From: Promethearchaeota archaeon
GTDB taxonomy: Archaea > Asgardarchaeota > Lokiarchaeia > Sigyniarchaeales > SOKP01
Length of the DNA stretch: 64,000 bases
Direction of reading: 5' to 3'
Assembly (NCBI GenBank): GCA_048940925.1
Contig: JBHLOC010000006.1
Span: 1-64,000 of the forward strand
The position numbers and the translations under genes are program-made. The notes beneath the pieces are model-generated. The model had not been told where the DNA came from and made no database searches. It saw nothing but the letters and a program-made list of their open reading frames with translations. Positions within the stretch are counted from its first letter, which is position 1. The number at the start of each line of letters is the position of its first letter. This document shows positions 30,401 through 40,343 of the stretch, in pieces.

Positions 30401-30466
30401 TAATTCCTTATCTGTGTGAGCATCCTTTAATTTTATTTTTTCTTTTTCAGAGAGCACTTTAATCAA
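27461..30466 (-). CDS. alaS: alanine--tRNA ligase (archaeal type)
   Basis: C..CG..FW, RYPCVARW, FTIASI..FQP, WVGGG, ADH.R, editing HHTATH and EACGGTH. Confidence 0.95.
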   Translation of the reverse strand: MIKVLSEKEKIKLKDAHTDKELKVVFKKIASEDPDKYFPTKELKKLGYLRKHCEHCGTFFWTVVKDRKVCGDPICSGGFQVTVNNPSKVKLSFIGVWKKIVEILEPRGYVPIKRYPCVARWNPTLEFTIASISAFQPYVITGEVEPPAKKLVIPQFCLRFNDIENVGVTSSHFTGFVMIGQHSFVSPEEWNQGELFMDIHDFIHKGVGLPKEEITIHEDSWVGGGSFGCCLEFFSRGVELFNQVYTMFEQTSDGPRDLKLKVLDMGLGHGRVAWFSQGTPNIYEAVFPFVLSKLRKITKIKLDLDLYNRFSQYSAYLNMDEVDDIDEAWQQVADELTIGVKELKDKILPMTGLYSIADHARALLFAINDGKLPSNVGGGYNLRVIFRRAISFIDLFNWNIDIADVCEWHAEELKALFPEVSDHLGEIREILEVEKKKYYATKKKAGKILEKELKKGDISTDTLIELYDSNGISPDMVKVVAKKLGLKVKIPDDFYKLVVERHEKTEQIHATVKEIELNLEDIPETKSLYYYDYIETSNEAKVLKIIDNMVILDRSVAYPTSGGQMHDIGQINGQIFNDVFKQGNYIVHVLDDKPKFKEGDVVKIEVDKEWRKQLSQHHTATHIVNAAARDVLGSHINQAGAKKTLKNSHLDITHYEQIPRDKLIEIEEKANEIVKKGIDLNLSFIPRSEAEKKYGMTIYQGGAVPGKYLRIVEIPGVDVEACGGTHLNNTSEAGSIHITKSQKIQDGIVRLTFVAGEATNKLKEKHKRILDELKAILHVERIQLVGRVKELLEKWKNVNKALKSGDVDENDFHLTSSEKFEGDVLSEISQILGTKKVNVSSKVQKLLEEWKDNKNKLEKKDIGIFLSKSFAESLYNNAEQYTPFTLIYHTFRGIDQNDLKNISSNVQRYVNNSINWFFDEIGKGTYVTGMMSPEIAKTTDISLNNFIREELKDYKFRGGGKDTYVSGYVSNEKGNTSSVANYFKKNFDEYIKRKYKKKKKK

Positions 30467-30807
30467 ATTAAGATAATCTAGTCAAATTTATTAAATAACT
30501 CAAAGAATTTTGATTCTCTAATATTAATTCAATTAATATATTATTTCTTAACAATTTTATTTTAGGTTTTCTTAATTTACCTTCTAATAAAAGTTAGTTG
30601 TATTGTCAACTCTATTGGTCAGAAAAAACTTTTAAACAATATAAATAATTTCTACTTGCAAAAAATGTCAATTTAGAATTTTAAAGTGAGGTAGAAATAG
30701 AATAGTTCATATGTTAGTTACAGCATGGTACCTCCAAATAAGGGACAAGATTTAGTGAAAGTGTATATGTCAAAAGATAAATATTACTTTATATCAGGTG
30801 TACCTAT

Positions 30808-31755
30808 TTGTATGAGGTAGTAAAATTAAATTATTCACAAATTAATTATAAGAGAATTCTCAACAATCTCAGAGAATCTTTAACTAAATATTTCCAAGAG
30901 ACTGTTCAACATGAAAATATAAAAGAAGCAGAATCTTGGTATGAACGGATTGAAAACATTATTAAATCTAAAAATGAAGATTTTACATGTTTTGAAGTCA
31001 GAAAAGAAGATGATATTATAGGTTTCTTAATTTTTAGACATATAAATGAAAATTTCGTTTTGATTAGGCATTTTTTTATATTAGATACTGTTAAGAGAGA
31101 AGAAGTTGCATTTATTCTATTAAAGGAATCCATTGAAAAGTTAAAAATTGCTAATGAGAGTATTAAAATTGATAATGCTGCATTTACATTTCCAGAAGAC
31201 TACTTAGTTGGTCCATTAAAAAAACTTGGATACAGTATAATAAAAAGACATAATATGACATTGAACTTAGATTCGTTTGATAAAACTTATGAGTTGTTAC
31301 CTGAATACTCCTTTGCTCCTTTTATTGAAAATGACTTTTCAGAAATAGCAGAACTATGTGTTGATGCATTTAAAAATCATCCCGATACAACTTTTTGGGA
31401 AGATGTGACTTCAGTTCCTAGTTACTTAGAATATTTGAAAAATAGTATGACGACCTACATGTTAAAAGAATGTTCATTTGTTGTAAAAGATAAAAATGGC
31501 CAGATCGTTGGAATATGTCTAATTGAAAATGGAGACAAAGAAGGTGAATTTATCATTCAAAACATTGTAGTCAACAAAACACTCCAAAGTAGAGGAATTG
31601 GATCGGCTCTTCTTTCAAAAAGCTTGAATAATATTCGAAAAAAAGGTTATCGAAAAGCAATTCTTACAGTTACAGAAGGGAACCCAGCTCAAAAGATATA
31701 TGAACGCTTCGGATTTAAGATATATAATTCATTTAATATATTATTGAACCAATAA
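30808..31755 (+). CDS. GNAT acetyltransferase (tandem GNAT)
   Basis: QSRGIGSALL, N.PA..IYERFGF. Confidence 0.85.
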   Translation: MYEVVKLNYSQINYKRILNNLRESLTKYFQETVQHENIKEAESWYERIENIIKSKNEDFTCFEVRKEDDIIGFLIFRHINENFVLIRHFFILDTVKREEVAFILLKESIEKLKIANESIKIDNAAFTFPEDYLVGPLKKLGYSIIKRHNMTLNLDSFDKTYELLPEYSFAPFIENDFSEIAELCVDAFKNHPDTTFWEDVTSVPSYLEYLKNSMTTYMLKECSFVVKDKNGQIVGICLIENGDKEGEFIIQNIVVNKTLQSRGIGSALLSKSLNNIRKKGYRKAILTVTEGNPAQKIYERFGFKIYNSFNILLNQ

Positions 31756-31794
31756 AAACAGTATATTAATTTTAAGTAAGTCTATATTTATCTA

Positions 31795-32241
31795 TTATAG
31801 TTCTAAAACTTGAAGTCTCGAATATCCTTCTTTTAGAAAATCATAATCAAGAAGTTCAATTTTTTCAGGTATAATTTTCAGTATAAGCTTTCTTCTTCCA
31901 CGTACAATTTTTTGTGCTTTTTTAAATTCATCATCTCCTTCTTTTAAAAAGATCAACCTATCTTTACTTGTGGCTGTAATTTGCATACCTTGTATTTTTC
32001 CTTCAGATAAAGGCGTATAGATTCCAATACTAACAGTTGGATTCGCTTCAATATTTTTTACCTTCCTTCCTAGAGCTGGACCTACATAAATATTAAAACT
32101 ATCTTTTTCTACATAAAAATCCATGGGTGTTGCGCGAGGAACATTATTACTACATGTACAGAGAACTAATACTTTTCTTTCACCTAAAAATTTACGAATT
32201 TCACTTTTAAGTTCTTCTTTAGGCATTACTTGATTATCCAT
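31795..32241 (-). CDS. pyridoxamine 5'-phosphate oxidase-like split-barrel flavin/F420-binding protein
   Basis: VL.T....PRATP, K..NI.ANP.VS, G.QI. Confidence 0.75.
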   Translation of the reverse strand: MDNQVMPKEELKSEIRKFLGERKVLVLCTCSNNVPRATPMDFYVEKDSFNIYVGPALGRKVKNIEANPTVSIGIYTPLSEGKIQGMQITATSKDRLIFLKEGDDEFKKAQKIVRGRRKLILKIIPEKIELLDYDFLKEGYSRLQVLEL

Positions 32242-32478
32242 TTTTATAATCTCAAAATAAATCTAATTTAGATTAGTATTTTGAATGAAAATATATAGTT
32301 AAATCTTTAAGAAATATTGAAATAAGATTTGATATTTGTTGACATTAAACTTTTACCAGAATTATCAGAAATGTGACACTTGCCCAACAAATAATCCATT
32401 TATAGTTTTGTGATAAAATTAACAAAATTTCTGAATCTTAACGATACTTTTTAAAACAAAAATAATTTTTTATATTGA

Positions 32479-33774
32479 ATGAATTTAGCCGCAATTTTGT
32501 TGAACTTGATTTTATTTGCCATATTAATGGCTTTTTTTTCTCAAGATAAGATCGATTTTTTCCCTATTGCTTTAATCATTGGAACTATTTCTGTAATTTC
32601 AATGCTTACAGTTTTTAACGTTGAAGAGGGAGAAATTCTTGGATTTATCGATTTCAGCACATTAATCTTTATATTTGCAATACAGATAATTATATTTTTT
32701 ACGACTCAGAACCGTGTTTTAGAGTACACCGCACTCAAGTTGATTCATATTACGAAAGGGAATAACCGATTATTCTTTTATATGATTTGCCTTTTTACAG
32801 GCATTATAGTAGCCTTTATCGAGGATTTAACCCTCTCTTTAATTTTAATTCCACTGATTTATAGGACATGTCGTGTTTTAGACATACCTGCTGGCACCTA
32901 TATGATGGGAATGACCATTACTATAAACATAGGCGCAATACTCACACCTATCTCAAGTTTAAAAAATTTGATAATTGGTAAGGAATTTGGGTGGAATTTT
33001 GCTGATTATCTTGCCAATATGAGTATTTTATTTATAATTACGTTAATATCCACTATTTTTTTAATAGATTGGTTTATATTGAAAAAAGAACAGAAACCAA
33101 CTGAAGAGAACAAGAAAATCCTATTATCAATACTCGAACCAAGAATAGTGATTCAAAATAAGAAGTTCTTCTATATGACAATCATTATAGTTTTAGCAAC
33201 GTTCTTATTCATGATTCTAGGATTCAAACCTGCTCTAGTCGCAATCATTTCTGCAGCTATACTTCTTTTAGTTCATTATAAGAATACTCATTTCTCAGAT
33301 CTTAAGAGTGAGATCTCATGGAGAATCATCATTACATTTGCAATTTTGTTTATTCTTTCGAATTCTTTATCATATTTTGGTTTTTCAGACCTAATTTCAA
33401 CAGCTTTGCTAAAATTGATAAATAATAATATCTTTCTCGCTGTATTGATGACATTGAGTATCTCTTCTCTCTTGTCAGCATTTCTAGCAGGTACACCAGT
33501 TACTATTATCCTTCTCCCGATCTTTTCATCAATTATTGGACATGGATTCTTTCCTAATCCCATAATCATTGCATTTATAAGCGGCGTTAACTTAGCAGGA
33601 AATTTTTTACCACAAGGTTCTGCATGTGATCTTTTCACCCTATCTCTAGCAAAAAAATATAATGTTGTGAATTTGGATTATAATCGCTTGTTAAAAAATG
33701 GTGCACTCTTCGCATCATTTCATTTTTTAATTGTATTGGGGTATACAATGATTTATACTTTAATTTTAAGTTAA
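32479..33774 (+). CDS. ArsB/NhaD/SLC13 (ion transporter superfamily) permease
   Basis: About 11-12 TM helices, NIGA.LTPI...NL.I, NLAGN.LP.GSA. Confidence 0.8.
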   Translation: MNLAAILLNLILFAILMAFFSQDKIDFFPIALIIGTISVISMLTVFNVEEGEILGFIDFSTLIFIFAIQIIIFFTTQNRVLEYTALKLIHITKGNNRLFFYMICLFTGIIVAFIEDLTLSLILIPLIYRTCRVLDIPAGTYMMGMTITINIGAILTPISSLKNLIIGKEFGWNFADYLANMSILFIITLISTIFLIDWFILKKEQKPTEENKKILLSILEPRIVIQNKKFFYMTIIIVLATFLFMILGFKPALVAIISAAILLLVHYKNTHFSDLKSEISWRIIITFAILFILSNSLSYFGFSDLISTALLKLINNNIFLAVLMTLSISSLLSAFLAGTPVTIILLPIFSSIIGHGFFPNPIIIAFISGVNLAGNFLPQGSACDLFTLSLAKKYNVVNLDYNRLLKNGALFASFHFLIVLGYTMIYTLILS

Positions 33775-33831
33775 AAGATTTAATCTTCCTCTTTCATCCC
33801 TATATAAGTATAAGGTATTGTAAATTCAGTT

Positions 33832-34980
33832 CTAAAATCCAACAATATTAGATTGGGAAATATTATTATCTGAATCTACAGCAGCTCGTACATATGGAGA
33901 TATAGGCCCATTAGCTAAGACCATTATTTTTACCTTGGACCCCATATCTGGTTTATTTTGAACACCAAACTTTAATTGAGCTTCTTCTGGAATTCCATCT
34001 GTAATGGTAGAGATTATTTTATCTACTTTAGACAAAGGTAACGTATGATCACCTGTAACTGACACTATACAACGCTGAACTTGACTAGTGTCTGGTTTTA
34101 AGAGAGGATTATTCAATGCTAATTTTGATTTTTCTACTAAGTCTAAATCATTTCCTACTGATTCTGCAATGCCTACTAAACCTGTTGGATAATTTTCTCG
34201 TTTTACGAATATTCTTTTTACATCAGCAAAGTCAATGTTAACTAAACCACAATTATTAATTAAATTTACTACTTCTCCGATATTTCTAATTAAAACTTCG
34301 TCCATTATTTTAAATCCTGTTATCATTGGAATTTTACCAACAATTTCCAAAAGATTATCATTAGGAATGGGTATGAGAAAATCAGAATAATTTGCAAGAT
34401 GTCTAAGACCTTCACTTGCTCTGGCAGCTCGTTGAGTTCCTTCCGATTTAAAAGGAAGAGAACAAAAAGTAACAACAATAGCATTATTATTTTTTGCTTC
34501 TTCAGCGATGATTGGCGCCGCTCCAGTTCCAGTGCCTCCGCCTAGACCACATGTTAAAAAGATTATATCGGCACTTAAAATTTCTGCTAATCTTTCTTTA
34601 TCTTCTAAAGCGGCTTCTGCACCCACACTAGGGTCATTTCCAGAACCTAATCCATTACATCTCTTTTTCCCAATTAAGATTTTATGTTTTGCATTCGAAT
34701 AGTATAAATCATGGGCATCGGTATTTATATTTACAGTTTCAGCATCATTTATGCCCATATCTTCTAATCTTGATATAGTGTTATTACCAGCCCCTCCAAC
34801 TCCTACCACCAAAGATCTTATTTTTAATGCTTTTAATAAATCTGCGAGATAGTCATCATCATCGCATTTTGGATTTGAATTGGGGTTTCGGTTGGCCTTT
34901 GCTATTTCATTGAATCTTTCTCTTACAGAAGATCGATTTTTAGCTAATTCTGCTAAATCAAAAATTTCGTCAACACTCAT
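33832..34980 (-). CDS. ftsZ: cell division protein FtsZ
   Basis: VGVGGAGNN, INTD, GLGGGTGTGAAP signature, PF..EG, PND.L, T7 loop NIDFADV. Confidence 0.93.
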   Translation of the reverse strand: MSVDEIFDLAELAKNRSSVRERFNEIAKANRNPNSNPKCDDDDYLADLLKALKIRSLVVGVGGAGNNTISRLEDMGINDAETVNINTDAHDLYYSNAKHKILIGKKRCNGLGSGNDPSVGAEAALEDKERLAEILSADIIFLTCGLGGGTGTGAAPIIAEEAKNNNAIVVTFCSLPFKSEGTQRAARASEGLRHLANYSDFLIPIPNDNLLEIVGKIPMITGFKIMDEVLIRNIGEVVNLINNCGLVNIDFADVKRIFVKRENYPTGLVGIAESVGNDLDLVEKSKLALNNPLLKPDTSQVQRCIVSVTGDHTLPLSKVDKIISTITDGIPEEAQLKFGVQNKPDMGSKVKIMVLANGPISPYVRAAVDSDNNISQSNIVGF

Positions 34981-35282
34981 GAGAGACTTCTAATAAAATA
35001 AAGTTTTTATAATACGAGAACGATATCAGAATAATATATGGAAGTAATATGGGTGTAATATCTTCATAATTAAATAAGCACTTCTTAAAAATATAATCAA
35101 ATACTCCTGAATTTCTATATATCCTTATTTAAAATAAAAAGTTAAATAAAATTCGATTGATTAAATACGGTAATGTGATTCTTATATCATATTTTATTAC
35201 TATATCAATTTTTTCGTCTGAAATAAAGGATAAATCAATTGAAAAAAAAGTTTATATACATAAATTTCCATGATCATCATGC

Positions 35283-35537
35283 TTGGGGTTATTATTTATG
35301 GAAATCGATAATACTCAAAAGAACAGCAAAAAATCGGTAAGCATGTCAGAAAGTAGCGACATGATTAAAGTCAGAGCCATCATCAGCTGTTCAAATTGCA
35401 ATTACAAGAAGAAGTTCAGAAATCAATTTCATAGAAAAGATCTCGAGCTGCTTACGGTAGCTGTAAAAGTTTTTGATTGGTTAACTTGTAACAAATGTGG
35501 TGATCTCTTAAAGTTAGATTTAGAGTTTAATGTTTAA
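35283..35537 (+). CDS. small zinc-ribbon protein
   Basis: CSNC and CNKCG; likely start at MEIDN. Confidence 0.65.
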   Translation: MGLLFMEIDNTQKNSKKSVSMSESSDMIKVRAIISCSNCNYKKKFRNQFHRKDLELLTVAVKVFDWLTCNKCGDLLKLDLEFNV

Positions 35538-35609
35538 ATTAAATTTTATATATTAGAGATATTAAAAACATTTTAATTTTTAATTGAAATTTTAATTTAT
35601 CTATTCAAG

Positions 35610-36038
35610 TTAATATAATTCATATTTATATCTTATTACTCGATTAAATTCTTTAAATCCACACTTTTTATAAACCTGTCTTGCAGGTGCATTGAAATCG
35701 TCAGTACTCACATAAATGCATGAAAAACCTTTGTTTTTTGCATCATTAATAGCAAATTCTGTAATTAAAGTACCTACTCCTCGATTTTGAAATTCGGGTT
35801 TTATATGGAGTTCACGAATTTCTGCCCAATTCATGAGATCATCATCAAAGTATGCTGATTCTTGTCCCTTCATTATAGCAATATATCCAACTATTTCTTT
35901 ATACACTGCTACATAAATCCAGCAATATTTTTTACAATCTTCCTGAACTAAATTGAAATCTTTATCAAATTTCTCAATCTGTTCAAAATCTTTTTCATGA
36001 AACTCTCTAATTATAGGTTTAAAATTTAGATTAACCAT
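35610..36038 (-). CDS. GNAT acetyltransferase
   Basis: P.FQNRGVGT, N.PA...Y.KCGF. Confidence 0.85.
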   Translation of the reverse strand: MVNLNFKPIIREFHEKDFEQIEKFDKDFNLVQEDCKKYCWIYVAVYKEIVGYIAIMKGQESAYFDDDLMNWAEIRELHIKPEFQNRGVGTLITEFAINDAKNKGFSCIYVSTDDFNAPARQVYKKCGFKEFNRVIRYKYELY

Positions 36039-36119
36039 TGTTAAATTATAAAAAATAATTAATATTTCGATGTATAATTAAAGTACTATTATTTCTTAAG
36101 AGAAAAAAGTATTGGCCCT

Positions 36120-37430
36120 TTATATATCAAGAATTATTTGACCATAATTTCCTCCTCCTCCAGGAGTATACTTTATTTCATTATTCCTGACTGCTTTTAT
36201 GACTGATGCTATATCTGGATTAAAATTTTGAATTTTATTAAAAGGAATATCAATAAGTATTTCAAATTCATTTCCAAGTTCTCTAATTATCTTTTCATAT
36301 TCATTTTGGACAGACTTACTTGTTTTACTTTTTATTCTTTTCACTGAACGTATTATATCTATTAGAGGGACTGCATTAGTATAAGGTGGTCTATGATTTG
36401 GATGCTTAGGATTCTCATATTGCGAAATCATTTCAATTCTTTCGCTTACACCCAATTTAATTTTAAAATTTTTATTTTTTTCTTCTTTACAGGCGGGACA
36501 ATTAATCTTATTTTGAGAAACTTGTTGTAAATATTTCAATCTTGAAGATTCGAGATTATTAGTATAAAAAACAATAAAATTTTCTGTAATTTTATATTGG
36601 TTAAAGATTGTGTTTATTTCTTTTTTTGCTTTCCTAAAAAGTATCCTTCTTCTGCATTTATTACAAAACATATTATAATACTTCCCAAGCTTAGGATGAA
36701 GACCAGTATTAAGGAGTATCTTTCTCCCATCTTTTCTAGATAATGCTAATAGAATTTCTTTAAAAGAGGGATTATCAATATCGAACCGATTAAATTCCCG
36801 ACCTAAAGATCGAGGATCTTGAGAGTGAGCATCACTATTACTCAAAAATGATACATCTTTTAGGCATTCAAGCCTATCTGCTAGATCAGTATTGGCAGAT
36901 AACCCTAATTCTAAAAAATACACATTTTTTGTTGCGTCTTGATAACACTGTTTTAAAGTTTCGAATTTTCCTTGACGAAATATTGCTTTAAAAGGAGTAA
37001 ATGCATGAGCAGGACCAATAATACCCCCAGAATTTGATACAATATCGACTACTTCAGGCGGTGATAAATTTACTCTCGGTCTCCCGCCCCATTGATCTAA
37101 AATATTTTTTGAATGTGATTTTAAACTTTTTTGTATTTCTTTTACTGAATCAAAATCTGGAAATAATATTACATGATGGATACTTTCAATATCTTCTATT
37201 TCTGTCTGGAGGATAAAAAAAACATCTTTATACGAAAATGATCCATCTGTCTCCTTTGTCAGATTATTTTCCATGTATTTGAGCCATTCTGGCTGTAATA
37301 TATCACCAGTACCAAGAATGTTTAATCCTTTCTTCTTACAAGTTTCTAACATAGTATCTAAATTTAATGATTTCGATACTGCTATTGAATGGGGACTATG
37401 TATATGGAGATCGGCGTTAAATATATCCAT
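36120..37430 (-). CDS. endonuclease Q family / PHP-domain protein
   Basis: ADLHIHS.HS, GTGD, PAHAFTP, ELGLSA, NSDAHS, LGREFN, GKY, GV.ERI, RPPY, PGGGG.YG. Confidence 0.88.
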   Translation of the reverse strand: MDIFNADLHIHSPHSIAVSKSLNLDTMLETCKKKGLNILGTGDILQPEWLKYMENNLTKETDGSFSYKDVFFILQTEIEDIESIHHVILFPDFDSVKEIQKSLKSHSKNILDQWGGRPRVNLSPPEVVDIVSNSGGIIGPAHAFTPFKAIFRQGKFETLKQCYQDATKNVYFLELGLSANTDLADRLECLKDVSFLSNSDAHSQDPRSLGREFNRFDIDNPSFKEILLALSRKDGRKILLNTGLHPKLGKYYNMFCNKCRRRILFRKAKKEINTIFNQYKITENFIVFYTNNLESSRLKYLQQVSQNKINCPACKEEKNKNFKIKLGVSERIEMISQYENPKHPNHRPPYTNAVPLIDIIRSVKRIKSKTSKSVQNEYEKIIRELGNEFEILIDIPFNKIQNFNPDIASVIKAVRNNEIKYTPGGGGNYGQIILDI

Positions 37431-37489
37431 CAGTTATTAAAACCTTTACTACAATAAAAAAATTTTAATAATGTATTAATTATTTGAGT

Positions 37490-38539
37490 TTATTTCATAA
37501 TAATCATTTTATCTTTAATTTGATCAGTTAATAAGATTCTAAAATATTCTAATTCCTTCTTGAAAACAACTTTTTCTAATTTTCCCTCAACTATAACTGT
37601 TTCTCCTTCTTTAGCATGTTCACAAAAACGTGCTCGAAAAGAATTTATTTCTAAAATATCTTCCAGATTTACTCTCTTTAAGTTTGACTCTTTTTCTAGG
37701 ATTTTTATAGCTTTAATATTATATGAGCAAGGTGTAAATATTGAATACTTAGAGTCGGTAATTAATACTTTAGTTTTAATTCTACCATAGTTTTTATATT
37801 GATAATCATTAAATTCTCCTTTCCAATCATTAGGGCTTTTAATATATCTTATAAAGAAATCTTTTCCATAGAATTTACCTTGGTGTAGTTTCTGCTGTTC
37901 ACTCTTCATAAATTCCTTAAATGATATGTTTGATCCGCCAACTCTCCAAGTATAATGTTTTTTATACTCCTCTTGATTGTACATTCTAATTTGATTGGAT
38001 TCAGCCAATAAATCTATTAATTTTTCTTGAAATTTAAGTGAAGTCTCTGTACCATAGATGATTATGTCAATATCTGAATCTTCTTTATTCATACCAACCA
38101 TAACAGAACCTGTAATTCCTATTGAATCTCTAGAAATATTTCCTTTACTTATAAATAATTCACACAAATCTTTAGAATATTTTTCTGTTTTAGAGAGATT
38201 CTCTTTTTCATTTAAAGCTCGTAAACAGTCCTGGGGAGTGTAAATTTTTTTAATATCGTTATTAAAGACACCTTGTATCTCCGTATCAAGCTCTTTAGAA
38301 TAAAATATATATTCAGGATATGAATTTCTTAAAAGTGAATAGCGTTCTTCTAAATTGTATACTTTTTTATATTTTGTACCTTTTTTTATTCGGTCTCCCT
38401 CTGGATGTGGATAGAACCTTAAAAAACAAATTTTTCTTTGATTGGGGTGAAGTAAGCCCTTAACATCAAAAAATAAGTTGGATTTTTTGGTTTCAATATA
38501 ATCTCCTTCAATTCCCTCAGGAATCTTCATAACTCTCAT
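37490..38539 (-). CDS. archaeal nucleotidyltransferase-domain protein
   Basis: GITGS...G.....SDIDIIIYG, F.VKG..HP, C-terminal OB-like GE.V.V.GKLE. Confidence 0.75.
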   Translation of the reverse strand: MRVMKIPEGIEGDYIETKKSNLFFDVKGLLHPNQRKICFLRFYPHPEGDRIKKGTKYKKVYNLEERYSLLRNSYPEYIFYSKELDTEIQGVFNNDIKKIYTPQDCLRALNEKENLSKTEKYSKDLCELFISKGNISRDSIGITGSVMVGMNKEDSDIDIIIYGTETSLKFQEKLIDLLAESNQIRMYNQEEYKKHYTWRVGGSNISFKEFMKSEQQKLHQGKFYGKDFFIRYIKSPNDWKGEFNDYQYKNYGRIKTKVLITDSKYSIFTPCSYNIKAIKILEKESNLKRVNLEDILEINSFRARFCEHAKEGETVIVEGKLEKVVFKKELEYFRILLTDQIKDKMIIMK

Positions 38540-38550
38540 AGTTTTGAAAG

Positions 38551-39687
38551 TTAATATTTGGAAGGAGTTTTAGTTTTAATTTGTGAAGGATATTTTGTTT
38601 TAATCTTTCTCAAATCTCTCTCAATTTTTCTTTTTTCATTTAGAAATCTTTGTTTATCCTTTTCTAATTTTTCTCTTTCACGTTTAATGAGATTCTTTTC
38701 ATTATCTAATTTATCCTTTTCTTTTCCTAGTTTTCTATAGTCATTATTTAATCTATTAAATTTTTCCTCTAAATTTGGAATTTTGTGATTTAAGGAGTTA
38801 TATTTACTTTCTAATGAAGGAATCTTCTTTTCTAATTCTTTTAATCTCGATTCATGTTGTCTTCTTCTTTTTTCTGAATCTTTTACTTCTTTATCAACCT
38901 TATCTCTAGTTTTTTTAAGATCTATTTTTTTTTTTTCAATCTCACGTGCTTTTAGATCAAGATCTTGCTTCTTATACCGCGTTTTTTCTCTTTCTTCTTT
39001 TAGTTTTCTTTTTTCATCAGAAATTCGGTTTTTCTCATCAGTGATTTCCCTTTTTAGGTCATTAATCTCTCTATTTAAATTATCTCTTTCTTTAGTTAAA
39101 TCTTTAGTTTCATTTCTTAAATCCATTAACTTATTTTCCAAATCATCAATAGTTCTGTTTAGGGCTTCTTCTCTTCTTTCCATTCCCGGAAGTTTTGTTT
39201 TAATTTGTTTGATGCGATCTTCTGTTCTTATCTTTTCCTTATTGAGCAATTGTTTCTCATTCCCAATCTCCTCTCTGATTTCTTCTAATTTCTCTTGAAA
39301 TTTTACTAATTCAGCATTTTTTTGATTTAATTCATCATTCTTCTTTCTGATCTTATCTCTGAATTGTCGTTCTTTAGTAGCAAGTTGATTTTTTTGTTGT
39401 TCAATTTGATTTTCAACTATTTTTAATTCATCATGTAAGATATCCCTTTTTTCAAGAAGATTTTTAACTTCAAGTTCTTTATCTTTCCTTTTTTTTTCAA
39501 GATCTTCGATATTATCTTTGTAATCTTGAATTTGTTTAATAATTCTTTCCCATTCACTCTTTTCTCTATCTAATTTAATTCTTTCTTTTTTTATTTTTTT
39601 TAATAACTTTTTATTAGAAAGGGGTTCAATTACCTCGCCAGGTGTTTTCTCTTGTATTTGATACTTGGGAATAGGTTCATCATTCAT
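38551..39687 (-). CDS. long K/E/R-rich coiled-coil protein
   Basis: About 330 aa of heptad-like charged helix, no globular domain recognised. Confidence 0.75.
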   Translation of the reverse strand: MNDEPIPKYQIQEKTPGEVIEPLSNKKLLKKIKKERIKLDREKSEWERIIKQIQDYKDNIEDLEKKRKDKELEVKNLLEKRDILHDELKIVENQIEQQKNQLATKERQFRDKIRKKNDELNQKNAELVKFQEKLEEIREEIGNEKQLLNKEKIRTEDRIKQIKTKLPGMERREEALNRTIDDLENKLMDLRNETKDLTKERDNLNREINDLKREITDEKNRISDEKRKLKEEREKTRYKKQDLDLKAREIEKKKIDLKKTRDKVDKEVKDSEKRRRQHESRLKELEKKIPSLESKYNSLNHKIPNLEEKFNRLNNDYRKLGKEKDKLDNEKNLIKREREKLEKDKQRFLNEKRKIERDLRKIKTKYPSQIKTKTPSKY

Positions 39688-39904
39688 GATATTTCTACAA
39701 TTTAAATTATCTTTTAATAAAATTATATAATTATTAGCTCTAAAGTGTTTGCTATTTGAAATTATCTTATTTAAATTTTTCTATGTGTTTATTCGATTTA
39801 TATATTAATTATAATTTCTATAATTTTTATAAAGAAAATATAAATAAACTATATATATAATTTCTATAATTATTTATTTCAATAGGAATGTAGGTGTTGA
39901 ATGT

Positions 39905-40294
39905 ATGGGTTTTGATGATAAGTTTGATGAGGAATTTGATGAAGAATTTGATGAAGAATTAGACGAAGATTTAGAGGAACCTTCTTCAAAGACTCCAGAA
40001 GAAATAGTTGAATCTAAAACTCCAACCACTAGAGTAGTGACTGAGGGGAAAAAGATTTCATTATACTTTATGTCAACCATTGGACCAGGTGAAAAAAAAC
40101 AAAAATTAAATGTAAATACAGGTAATAACGTGGGAGACATTAAAGAAACGGTAGCAAATTTATTTGGATTAGATCCTGCTGATTTTCATTTGTCATCAGG
40201 TGGAGTTACAATGGATGAGAGCTCAGTTTTAAAAGATTATGATATAAGTGATGGTGACGATATACTTTTAATTCCAGCAAGTACAGCGGGTTAA
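39905..40294 (+). CDS. ubiquitin-like protein 1 (acidic N-terminal extension, C-terminus ...LIPASTAG)
   Basis: beta-grasp pattern V.DIKE.V....GL.P.DF.L...G..M.....L.DY.I..GD.I.LI. Confidence 0.88.
   Translation: MGFDDKFDEEFDEEFDEELDEDLEEPSSKTPEEIVESKTPTTRVVTEGKKISLYFMSTIGPGEKKQKLNVNTGNNVGDIKETVANLFGLDPADFHLSSGGVTMDESSVLKDYDISDGDDILLIPASTAG
39911..39970 (+). repeat. 12-bp in-frame tandem repeat (tttgatga[g/a]gaa) encoding FDEE units
   Basis: tttgatgataag tttgatgaggaa tttgatgaagaa tttgatgaagaa ttagacgaagat. Confidence 0.8.
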
Positions 40295-40343
40295 ATTCTT
40301 TTTTCGGACAAAAGAAACTATAATAATACTACTTTAGCTTTAT

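Noticed and set aside
38551-39687. Coiled-coil protein as SMC, ESCRT-III or an intermediate-filament homolog
   Set aside because: No Walker motifs or family-specific signature; composition alone cannot support it
39911-39970. Tandem repeat as CRISPR or non-coding repeat
   Set aside because: 12-bp in-frame coding repeat with no spacers
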